Assembly (NCBI GenBank): GCA_963422645.2
Contig: CAXXVO010000017.1
Span: 192,001-256,000 of the forward strand
Source: Alphaproteobacteria bacterium
GTDB lineage: Bacteria > Pseudomonadota > Alphaproteobacteria > UBA828
Direction of reading: 5' to 3'
Length of the DNA: 64,000 bases
The notes under the pieces were generated by a model. That model saw nothing but the letters and a program-made list of their open reading frames with translations. It did no database searches and was not told the DNA's origin. The position numbers and the translations under genes are program-made. How positions within the stretch are numbered: the first letter of the stretch is position 1; each line of letters starts with the position of its first letter. Positions 10,875 to 19,592 of this stretch are shown here, in pieces.

Positions 10875-11068
10875 GCATCTGTTACTCAAGAGCGTGGAAG
10901 ATTGACCCCTGATTGGAGATGCCGTAATGGGGCTTGGCGCCGGCGTGCAGCGTCTCGGCCTGTCGCGATGACGGCGAATCGGTTGTCGTTGCCCTTACAC
11001 GCGTAGCGTGTTCACGGGGTCTTGCCGCAAGGCGCGCCCCAATTCCTCTGGAGGAAAGGGCAACGACA

Positions 11069-12109
11069 ATGGACGTCTGTATCGGGCTGGATGTATCGCT
11101 GGCAAGCACGGCGGTTTGCGTTCTCGACGAGAAGGGCAAGATCGCGACCGAGGCGCAGGTCGCCAGCACGCCTGAAGCGCTGGTTGGGTTCCTGCACAAG
11201 CTGCCGCACGAGATCACCGCGATCGGTCTCGAGGCCGGTCCCTTGTCCCACTGGTTGCACAAGGGAATGACCGACGCCGGCTTCGAGGCCGTGTTGATGG
11301 AGACCCGGCAGGTAAAGGGTGCGCTGAAGGCCATGCCGATCAAGACCGATCGCCGGGACGCCGAGGGCATCGCACGGCTGTTGCTGATGGGGTGGTTTCG
11401 GCCGGTGCACTGCAAGTCGGTGTCATCGCAAGAGATGCGAGCCCTCCTGACCTCGCGCAAGTCCGTGCTGGACGCGATCATCCGCCTGGAGGTCTCGCTG
11501 CGCGGCGTCCTGCGTAACTTTGGCCTGAAGCTGGGCCTGATCTCGAAGGGCCGCTATGAGGCCCGAGTGCGGGAGTTGGTCGCCGGCAACGCGATGCTGG
11601 AAGCGGCAGCCGAACCGATCCTGGGCGCGCGGGCGGCCCTGCGCCGCGAGTTCGCCGAGCTGGAGAAGCTGGTCCGCACTCTGGCAAGGCAAGACAGGGC
11701 ATGCCGCCTGTTGATGACCATGCCGGGCGTGGGGCATGTCATAGCCCTGACCTTCAAGTCCGCGATCGACGACCCGGAGCGGTTCCGAAGATCGAAGGAT
11801 GTCGGCCCCTGGGTAGGGCTGACGCCGGCGCGGGAGCAGTCCGGGGAGAGGGATATTGTCGGCCGGATCACCAAGGCCGGCGATGCCGGTCTGCGCGCGG
11901 CTCTTTACCAAGCCGCAACGGTGATGCTGAACCGCACAGGGCCGAACTGGCTGAAGGCTTGGGCGCTACGTTTGGCGAAGCACAGGGGCAAGAAGCGCGC
12001 GACCGTTGCCTTGGCCCGGCGCATCGGTGTTGTGCTTCACCGAATGTGGCGGGATGGAACCGAGTTCCGCTTTACGCGCGAGGAAGCGATGGCGCTTCGG
12101 ACGGCATAG
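11069..12109 (+). CDS. IS110/IS1111-family recombinase
   Basis: IGLDVSL, LEAGPLS, KTDRRDA, GLTPAREQSGE; ATG at 11069. Confidence 0.95.
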   Translation: MDVCIGLDVSLASTAVCVLDEKGKIATEAQVASTPEALVGFLHKLPHEITAIGLEAGPLSHWLHKGMTDAGFEAVLMETRQVKGALKAMPIKTDRRDAEGIARLLLMGWFRPVHCKSVSSQEMRALLTSRKSVLDAIIRLEVSLRGVLRNFGLKLGLISKGRYEARVRELVAGNAMLEAAAEPILGARAALRREFAELEKLVRTLARQDRACRLLMTMPGVGHVIALTFKSAIDDPERFRRSKDVGPWVGLTPAREQSGERDIVGRITKAGDAGLRAALYQAATVMLNRTGPNWLKAWALRLAKHRGKKRATVALARRIGVVLHRMWRDGTEFRFTREEAMALRTA

Positions 12110-12184
12110 GCGCGGCTGCATCCCATCGGCAGTCAGCGAGGAGAGGAGGAAAGAGCCGCGCCTGAAGGTGGGCGAGCCACCAAC

Positions 12185-12400
12185 GTCCCCTCGCCGGGAC
12201 GCGGTCCCCGATGATGCACGTGGGCCCACTTGTTTGCCGAACCGGCCTGTCGTGTTCGAGCACGCTGTGGAGATAGGCACTCGGGAACCGATTTGGACTG
12301 GGCATGATGTTGGCAGCCGATGCGCTGACCACGGACAGAAGCGAGAACCCGGCGAAGGACACAAGACGTTGAGCAAGCGCGAGATCGATACGGTCGGCCC
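12185..12400 (+). ncRNA. Putative seekRNA/bridge RNA of the IS1111 element (boundaries approximate)
   Basis: Four guide matches in order: GGGCCCACT 12222-12230, TGGAG 12268-12272, GGCAT 12301-12305, ACAGAAG 12335-12341. Confidence 0.72.
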
Positions 12401-12552
12401 CATTGCACCTGACACCGGCAACCTCCTCCGCGCCTCACCCGGCGCCTCATAGCCAGGCCGAAGGAGCCCCTACACCACGCCAGGAAAACAACTGATTGGC
12501 GCGACAATGATCTATTGAAAATCGAGCTTGACGGGAAACGCCCCATTACAGA

Positions 12553-12632
12553 AGTGGGCCCCTGGGGCCGGACAGTTTCAGGCGGCCGATTTGACCGGCT
12601 TGCGGGACTGCTCCTCCTCGAAACGGTCGGGG
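12553..12632 (-). mobile_element. IS3-family right-end remnant (IR begins at 10914 and is split by IS1111)
   Basis: Minus strand encodes PDRFEEEQSRKPVKSAA* (OrfB-like C-terminus) followed by CTGTCCGGCCCCAGGGGCCCACT; rejoined end reads TGGAGTGGGCCCCTGGGGCCGGACAG. Confidence 0.7.
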
Positions 12633-12939
12633 TGTCAACGCCGGATGAAGATTCGGCCAGAGGGCGGCGCAAAAGACTGCCACTCTGGGTGATGCGTCGT
12701 TGTGACGGTTTTTCGGCGGGCGCGGTCCGTGGAGCCATCCAGAGCTCAAGCGGTCCGCGCGCGCCGGCCGACCGGAGGGCGGCCTACTGGTTTCGGTTTG
12801 TCGAGGTTCAACTTTGCGCCGTCAACGGACACGCCTGATGGCGGGATGACGGTGAGTGCCCGAGCACCGTCACGGCAGGTGGCGGGGGCTGGGGCTGGGC
12901 GCCTTGGCCGATCGGTGTCGGTCGTCGGCGTGCCGGGGT

Positions 12940-13704
12940 TCAGCTTGCGGTCTTGTTCCTGCGTGCACGGCTCTGGCTGAGGCGGTAGCTGTCGCCGTTC
13001 ATCTCGAGGATGTTGACGTGGTGGGTGAGACGATCGAGGAGCGCCCCGGTGAGGCGCTCGGAGCCAAAGGTCTCGGTCCATTCGTCGAAGGGGAGGTTGG
13101 AGGTGATCAGGGTGGCGCCCCGTTCGTAGCGCTGGGAGACCAGCTCGAACAGCAACTCGGCGCCGGTCTTGCTCAGCGGCACGAAGCCGACCTCGTCGAT
13201 GATCAGCAGCTTGAGACTTGCCAGCTGCTTCTGCAGCCGCAGCAGTCGTCATTCGTCACGCGCCTCCATGAGCTCATGCACCAGCGCCGCTGCGGTGATG
13301 AAGCGCACGCTCAGCCCCTTCTGGCAGGCGGCCAGTCCGAGCCCCAGGGCGACATGGCTCTTGCCGGTGCCCGATGGGCCGAGGGCGATGACGTTCTCGC
13401 GCCGCTCGATCCATTCGCAGCGCGCCAACTCCAGCACCCGCGGCTTGTTCAGCGCGGGCATGGCCTTGAAGTCGAAGCTGTCGAGGCTCTTGGCGAGCGG
13501 GAACTTCGCCGCCTTGATGCGCCGCTCGACCATGCGCCGTTCGCGCTCGATCAACTCCAGCTCCGCCAGCCGGGCCAGGAACTGGATATGATCCAGGCCC
13601 TCGGCCGCGCACTGGTGCGCCACTTTCTCGTATTGGCGCAGGAAGGTCGGCAGCTTCAGGGCCTTGAGGCGGTGCGCCAGCAGGATGTGGGGCGTGTCCG
13701 TCAT
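12940..13704 (-). pseudogene. istB: istB with an internal TGA at 13249-13251
   Basis: GPSGTGKSH...LMEARDE*RLLRLQKQLASLKLLIIDEVGF; the frame continues after the stop. Confidence 0.9.
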
Positions 13705-15071
13705 GCCGCGTCCTCCGACAGCAGGCACATGTAGCTGGCCGCCGAGGTCCTGCCGACGGTAGCCTTCGGCAGATAGGGGTAGACATCGAGGTCGAGCTTC
13801 GGCGGGCGCTTCTCGAGGCGGCACAGCACCAGGTGCTTGACCGCGTCGAAGCCTATGGCGCCCAGGCGCAGGGCATCCTTCACTGCGGCGTGGAGATCCT
13901 CCAGCCCGAAGCTCTCCAGCAGCCGCAGGACCTGCACGTACTCCCGCCGCCCCGCCTTGAGCGCGCGTGCCTCCATCAGGCGGCGCAGGGTCTGGAAGGC
14001 GGGCGGCAGGTCCCATCCGGCGAGCGGCGCTGCCTGGTCCAGGGCGCCGATCTTCTGCTCGATCAGGGGCAGATAGTGGATCGGCTCGAAGATCATGTCC
14101 TCACGCTCATAGGACCGGGGATGGCGGGCGATGACGTCTCCGCCACAGCCGATCACCACTCGATCGACGTAACCGCGTACCCAGACGTCACGATGGCCAT
14201 AGGCCACCGGCACCGAGTAGTCGTTGGTCCGATAGCGAACCAGAGACTGCGAGCTGACCTGGCCGGGAGCCTGGTCACAGGCCTCGAAGGGCGTAGCCGG
14301 CGGCGCGGCCATGGCCGCCACATCCCGCGCCAGGCGCTCTCCGATGGTCTCGCGGTGTCCGCGCAGGATATCGCCCTGGCGGCTGTGGCATTGCTCCTCG
14401 AGCCGCAGGTTGAACTCTTCCCAGCTCGCAAACCGTGGCAGCGGCACCATGAAGTTGCGCCGGGCCAGGATGCGCGACACCAGGCAGCGGTCGTTGTCGT
14501 AGAGAACCGATCGGGGAACCCCGCCGAAGAAGGCGAAGGCATGCACATGCCCGTCCATCCACGCCTCGGCCGTCGCCGCAGGGTAGGCCCGCACGTAGCA
14601 GGCGTCGCTGTGCGGAAGATCGAACACGAAGAAGTGCGCCTTGCGCGCGATACCCCCGATCACCGCCCGCGCCTCGCCGAAGTCCGCCTGCCCATGCCCC
14701 GGCGGATGGATCAGCGGCACGAACATCTCTCGCCGCCGGCGCCGATGCTCGCGCACATGATCCTTCACAATCGTGTAGCCGCCGCTGAACCCGTGCTCGG
14801 CCCGAAGACGGTCGAAAATGCGCTTCGCCGTGTGCCGCTGCTTGGGCAGCTGCTCCAGATCGTCCCGCAGCCACCCGTCGATGATCTCGATGAACCCGTC
14901 CAGCTTCGGACGCCGAAGCGGCGCCGTCCGCCGATAGCCCGGCGGCGCCGAAAACTGCAGCATCTTCTTCACGCTCTCGCGTGAAATCCCGAAGTGACGC
15001 GCCGCAGCCCGCTCACTCATCCCGTCCCGGCAGGCGAGACGGACCTTCCGATAAAGTTCCACGGTATGCAT
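13701..15071 (-). pseudogene. istA: istA with a probable in-frame internal deletion
   Basis: YDNDRCLVSRIL runs directly into ARRNFMVP, skipping the KGxVE segment that carries the catalytic Glu (junction near 14465). Confidence 0.75.
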
Positions 15072-15181
15072 GCCCCCGCCCTCCCCGTCGCCGGGAAGGG
15101 CCTATCTGGCAGAGTCTTGCTCCGCCCGCTGCGAGACAATCCCGCCGCTACCGTGGACTAATTTCGCACCGCCGTTTCCAG

Positions 15182-15364
15182 ATCGAAGAGTTCCATTTCT
15201 GCATGGCGCATTTCGACTTCATCATGAAGGTGTCCGCTCCGGACGATGAGTCCGTGAGCGCGTTCGCCATGGCGGTCCGCCGATCCGGAAACGTAACCGC
15301 CAAAGTTACGCGCGCGTTCACGCCGGATGAGTGGGGAAACATCGTGGGCCGTCTTGAGGGTTAG
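15182..15364 (+). pseudogene. GYD-domain protein, 3' fragment truncated by IS21
   Basis: FCMAHFDFIMKVSAPDDESVSAFAMAVRRSGNVTAKVTRAFTPDE. Confidence 0.65.
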
Positions 15365-15570
15365 CCCGAGCTGCGCTTCGGCGCGCCGCGAGCGACGTCC
15401 GTCCTCACCACCCGCAGGTGGCTCCGCGTGCCGGAAAAACGATGATCCGTCAGCGCTTCGGAGTCAGCCCCTCGTTTGACGCCGATCGGTGAGTCAAGTA
15501 GTGTTTTTCTTGGCACTCAAGCACGCGTCAATGGGGCGGTGCGCCTCCACGAGGATGGAGGTGTTTGATG

Positions 15571-17449
15571 GTAACTGCCCAGGTTCTTGCTGTGAAAATT
15601 CTCTGGGATTCGGCACAACGCTACCCACGCGACGCCCGTGTGCTCCTCTGGGGTCGCCGGGTTTCACAGCTCACGATGCCCCTCTTGCGGACTGCGACCG
15701 GTAAGCTACCCCGATGTGGCCCGAAGTCCGCCCGCGCGACGGGCACCGATTTTCATTCTATGGGGTGGTCCAGCACGGCGTCGACCATGATCGTTTATGA
15801 GAATGGCTCCGCTGTTGGAGAACCCGTGCCAGGTGAGCTTACGCGCACTTGACGGTGGCGATGAGCCGATCCGATGGGCTGGTCAGGGCTTCGATGATAT
15901 TCCAGCCCTGCTTTCTGGCGGTGGTGATGACGCTGCGCAGGATGGCGAAGTTCTCGGCCCCCTGCGCGGACCGGAAGCCCCCGGAGATCTTCTGGCGCAG
16001 CTTCATCATCCGAAGGTCGCGCTCGGCCTCGTTGTTCGTGAACCCGACCTCGAGGTCGATCAGGAACCGGAGCACCGCGCATTTGTGGTCGCGCAGCCTC
16101 AAGGCCAGATTGTGACCGATCCTTCGCTTCCGGCGCTTCTTCCTCTTGCCAGGCGAGAACGGTGGTTGGCTCTCGTGAAAGGCCAGCGCATCGGCGATGA
16201 TCTCGTCGTATCGGCGCTCGATCAGCGCCACAAGCCTCGCCGGAACGGCGATATCCTTGTCCAGCGCGATGCGGGCGGCGCGATTGGCTCGGCGCAGGAG
16301 CTGCTGCATCCGCCGGGCCCAAGCCTCCCCTTCGATGTCCACCAGCGCCTGCAACTCCCGCAGGTGATGGGCGTTGCACAGGCCGTGCTCCACCCCTTCC
16401 ATCGCGAAGTACGGCTTCCAGTGATCGTGCACGACGATGCCGGAGACACCCGAGAGCAGGGCGCCGCGCTTGCCGCTGACCCGGTACGCCGCCAGCAGCG
16501 GCGTGCAGATCACATGAAGCCACTGCGTCTGACCGCCGATCCGCAAGCCGGTCTCGTCCATGTGTTTCACCCGCGCCGTGCCCGCCGCCAGGTCCTGTAT
16601 GTGCAAGGCCGCGTCCCGCAGCCGCTCGGCCGCCCTCTCGCTCATCGTCGCCAACGTCGCAGCCGTCACCGGCGCGCCGAAGAGCTCGGCCATCACCTGC
16701 GACAGCCGATCCTCCGGCAGGAAGTGAGCGTGCTGAAGGTAGACCGCCACCCCGGCAATGCGCGGGCCGTACTGCACCGGCGCCGACACCCCGTCGGGGA
16801 ACGCCGCCCGGGTCACCGTCCCGCAATGCCCGCAGCACTTGGCATGCGCCCGGTGCTCGGTCACCTCCAGGGGGCTCGGCTCGGGCAGATCGAACACCTG
16901 GCGGGCGACGGGCGTTCCCGCCCTGGCCGCGTCCGAAAGCGGCGAACCGCATCCCTTGCAGGAAGCCGGGACGTGATCCTTCACCCGATCCGGGTGATCG
17001 GCGCGGCGCAGCGTCTTGCCCTTGTGGCCGGGCTGGCCACCGGGCTTGCGGCCCGATTTGCCGCGCAGGCTTCGGGTTCGCCGCTTCGAATTCGGCTTCC
17101 TCAGCCCATCGCTCGAAGGCGGCTTGCCGCTGTTGAGGCCGAGACGGCGCTCCAACTCCTCGATGCGCTCGACGAGACGCGCGACTTGCTCTTCCAGCCG
17201 CGCGTTCTGCTGCCGAAGCCAGGCATTTTCCTCCCGAAGCCGGGCGTTCTCCTCCTCCAGGCGGGCGATCTTCTGCGCGGGCGTTTCGGGCGCTGCTCCC
17301 GTCGAAGGGCCGCGCGGCGACTCGGGATTGCTCATGTCGTTGTTGAGTCATTTCCCGAAATTCCCGTCAAGCCCTTTCCACCAACTCCGAACGAGAAACG
17401 CCTCAATCCACTGGCCCAAAATGACAAATCAGACGACCTGGGCAGTTAC
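15571..17449 (-). mobile_element. IS66-family single-ORF element, copy 1 (1879 bp)
   Basis: IRs GTAACTGCCCAGGT and ACCTGGGCAGTTAC; 8-bp TSD GTTTGATG at 15563-15570 and 17450-17457. Confidence 0.95.
15839..17335 (-). CDS. IS66 transposase
   Basis: Coiled coil, KPPSSD, zinc finger, HMDETG, TNNEAERDLR. Confidence 0.95.
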   Translation of the reverse strand: MSNPESPRGPSTGAAPETPAQKIARLEEENARLREENAWLRQQNARLEEQVARLVERIEELERRLGLNSGKPPSSDGLRKPNSKRRTRSLRGKSGRKPGGQPGHKGKTLRRADHPDRVKDHVPASCKGCGSPLSDAARAGTPVARQVFDLPEPSPLEVTEHRAHAKCCGHCGTVTRAAFPDGVSAPVQYGPRIAGVAVYLQHAHFLPEDRLSQVMAELFGAPVTAATLATMSERAAERLRDAALHIQDLAAGTARVKHMDETGLRIGGQTQWLHVICTPLLAAYRVSGKRGALLSGVSGIVVHDHWKPYFAMEGVEHGLCNAHHLRELQALVDIEGEAWARRMQQLLRRANRAARIALDKDIAVPARLVALIERRYDEIIADALAFHESQPPFSPGKRKKRRKRRIGHNLALRLRDHKCAVLRFLIDLEVGFTNNEAERDLRMMKLRQKISGGFRSAQGAENFAILRSVITTARKQGWNIIEALTSPSDRLIATVKCA

Positions 17450-17454
17450 GTTTG

Positions 17455-18486
17455 ATGACCCAAGCGGCGGCTGAAGCGCGCTCCGACATTCGAGAACGAG
17501 TGAGCGAGCGGACGATTGCGCTGTACGAAGACGCGCTCGTCTGGGACATGACGCTGCCCTGGCTCCCCTCTTACGCGGACAAGGACGCCACCCTGCCGCG
17601 ATTCCGGGATGCAGGTGTGGATTTCGCGTCCCTTACCGTCAACGACTTTCCGGGTTCGCTCGGGGGCTCCGTGCGGCGGATCGCGGAGGTGACCCGGCAT
17701 ATCCAGGAACGCGCCGACACCCATGTGTTGGTGAAGTCAGTCGACGACATCCTCCAGGCTAAGCAGGATGGAAAATTCGCGCTCGCCTTCAACCTTCAGG
17801 AAACCAACCCGCTCGAAGGCGAGGTCAATTTCGTCCAGACCTATTACGATTTGGGCGTGCGCCACATGCTGCTCGCCTACAACCAGAAGAACCTGGTGGG
17901 CGACGGCTGCTCAGAGCGCACCGATGCCGGCCTGAGCCGCTTCGGAGTGCGCGTCGTGCAGGAAATGAACCGCGTCGGCATGATCGTCGACGGCAGCCAC
18001 ACCGGCTATCGCACGACCATGGAGGCGATGGAGGTGGCGACGGCACCGTTCATCTTCTCGCACAGCCTCGCGAACGCGGTCCACGAGCACTACCGCAACA
18101 TTTGCGACGATCAAATCAAGGCTTGCGCCAAGAGCGGCGGCGTCATCGGCTTCAACGGCGTCGCCTTCTTTCTCGGCGATGAGACGGCGTCGAGCGAGGC
18201 GGTCGTGCGCCATATCGCCCACATCTCGAACCTTGTCGGCCCGGAGCACGTTGGCATCGGCCTCGATTACTGCCGAGATAGCAAGAGTGTCGGGGTCTGG
18301 ACGCTGTCCAATACCGACATGTGGCCGCCCAACAAGGGCGTGCCGTTCGGTGAGACCGCGTTCGTGCAACCCGAGCAGTTGCTCGAGATCACCGACATTC
18401 TGCTTACACGAGGCTACGCGGAGGCGGATGTGCGCGGCATCCTCGGCGAAAACTTCGCCCGGGTCGCGCGACAGGTATGGAAGTGA
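17455..18486 (+). CDS. Membrane dipeptidase (peptidase M19) family protein 1
   Basis: AYNQKN..GDGC, IVDGSH, IFSHS, RNICDDQIKA, HVGIGLDY. Confidence 0.88.
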   Translation: MTQAAAEARSDIRERVSERTIALYEDALVWDMTLPWLPSYADKDATLPRFRDAGVDFASLTVNDFPGSLGGSVRRIAEVTRHIQERADTHVLVKSVDDILQAKQDGKFALAFNLQETNPLEGEVNFVQTYYDLGVRHMLLAYNQKNLVGDGCSERTDAGLSRFGVRVVQEMNRVGMIVDGSHTGYRTTMEAMEVATAPFIFSHSLANAVHEHYRNICDDQIKACAKSGGVIGFNGVAFFLGDETASSEAVVRHIAHISNLVGPEHVGIGLDYCRDSKSVGVWTLSNTDMWPPNKGVPFGETAFVQPEQLLEITDILLTRGYAEADVRGILGENFARVARQVWK

Positions 18487-18537
18487 GGGACCTGCTCGCG
18501 GAACCGTGACAGGCGCACATGAGGGGAGAACCCAAGC

Positions 18538-19548
18538 GTGCCTACGCTCGATCATGATCGCATCCACAACGAAGCCATTGTGATCGACGCAGTCTGTCCG
18601 CTCATGCTGCGCCGCCAGTACATCGACTGGTGGATCGAGGGCGGCGCCACCGCGGCGGGCCCCACCGTCGGCGCCTTCGAGCGGGCCGGCCCCACGCTCA
18701 GGGCGCTGGGCGACTGGATCCGCGCCATCGATCAGGATCCGAGGCTCACCCTCATCAAGCGCGCTGCCGACTTCGCGGCGGCCAAGGCTCAGGGTCGGCT
18801 CGGCGTGCTGTTCCATTTCCAGGGGACCGAGCCGATCGAGGACGACGTCAACCTGATTGACGCGTACAAGGCGCTCGGCGTTGGGATGATCCAGCTCGCC
18901 TACAACATCAAGAACAGCGTGGGCGATGGCTGCGAGGAACGAACGGACGCCGGGCTCAGCAACTTTGGCCTCAAGGTGATCGAGCGCCTCAACGAGGCCC
19001 GCGTCGTCGTCGATTGCACACATACAGGCTACCGCACCACGATGGATGCGATCGAGGCGTCGTCGCGCCCCGTGGTCTTCTCGCACTCGAACGCAAAGGC
19101 GATCAAGGACTCGCCCCGCAACATCACCGACGATCAGATCAAGGCGGCTGCCGCAACCGGCGGCTTGATCGGCATGGTCGGCTTCCCGGCGTTCGTCAGC
19201 GCCTCGCCCAAGCCGACCCTCGATGAATTCATCGATCACATCGACTATGTCGTGAAGCTCGTCGGCGATGACCATGTCGGCCTCGGCATCGACTATTACT
19301 GGGGACAGGCGTCGATCGCCGACGACGAGGAGGCCACGCGGCTCTACGAGGAGCACGTCGCGGCCGGCACCTGGCGGCCCGAAGCCTATCCGCCGCCGCC
19401 CTATCACTACCCCGACGGCATCGACACGCCGCGCGGCCTGCGCAACCTGACCAGGCGTTTGTTGGAGCGCGGCTACGGCGAAGAGGCGACCAAGAAGATT
19501 CTCGGGGGTAACTGGGTCAGGGTCTTCAGGGAGGTGTGGGGCGAATAG
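18538..19548 (+). CDS. Membrane dipeptidase (peptidase M19) family protein 2
   Basis: VVDCTH, VFSHSN, RNITDDQIKA, HVGLGIDY, KILGGNW; GAGGGGAG RBS. Confidence 0.88.
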   Translation: MPTLDHDRIHNEAIVIDAVCPLMLRRQYIDWWIEGGATAAGPTVGAFERAGPTLRALGDWIRAIDQDPRLTLIKRAADFAAAKAQGRLGVLFHFQGTEPIEDDVNLIDAYKALGVGMIQLAYNIKNSVGDGCEERTDAGLSNFGLKVIERLNEARVVVDCTHTGYRTTMDAIEASSRPVVFSHSNAKAIKDSPRNITDDQIKAAAATGGLIGMVGFPAFVSASPKPTLDEFIDHIDYVVKLVGDDHVGLGIDYYWGQASIADDEEATRLYEEHVAAGTWRPEAYPPPPYHYPDGIDTPRGLRNLTRRLLERGYGEEATKKILGGNWVRVFREVWGE

Positions 19549-19592
19549 CGACACCCAGTCCAAGCGAACAACGAATAGGGGAGGCAGGACTC

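Larger units (their letters stand above)
9186..10893 (+). mobile_element. IS110-group element (non-coding end upstream of the recombinase), AG(C) core at both junctions
   Basis: Removing it restores an IS21 IR; AGC occurs at 9183-9185 and 10891-10893; 270-bp upstream non-coding region. Confidence 0.85.
10917..12552 (+). mobile_element. IS1111-group element (IS110 family) with sub-terminal IRs
   Basis: GTAATGGGGC at 10924-10933 and GCCCCATTAC at 12540-12549 lie 7 bp and 3 bp from the ends, the typical IS1111 geometry; AG core at 10917-10918 and 12553-12554; about 440-bp downstream non-coding region. Confidence 0.92.
12633..15180 (-). mobile_element. Second, distinct IS21-family element (defective)
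   Basis: Ends TGTCAACGCCGGATGAAGATTCGGCCAG and reverse complement TGGAAACGGCGGTGCGAAATTAGTCCAC; carries istA and istB. Confidence 0.88.

Noticed and set aside
9182-10903. AAGCTTCCAC / GTGGAAGATT as terminal IRs of the IS110 element
   Set aside because: It is a 9/10 inverted match, but the right copy belongs to the restored IS21 IR and the donor-guide match places the end at about 10892. Kept only as an alternative boundary.
15510-15527. TGGCAC as a sigma54 promoter
   Set aside because: The GC is not at the required GG-N10-GC spacing (off by one).
15571-15838. 268-bp non-coding 3' end of IS66 as an RNA or passenger gene
   Set aside because: No convincing ORF or structure seen; its conservation between copies only reflects recent transposition.
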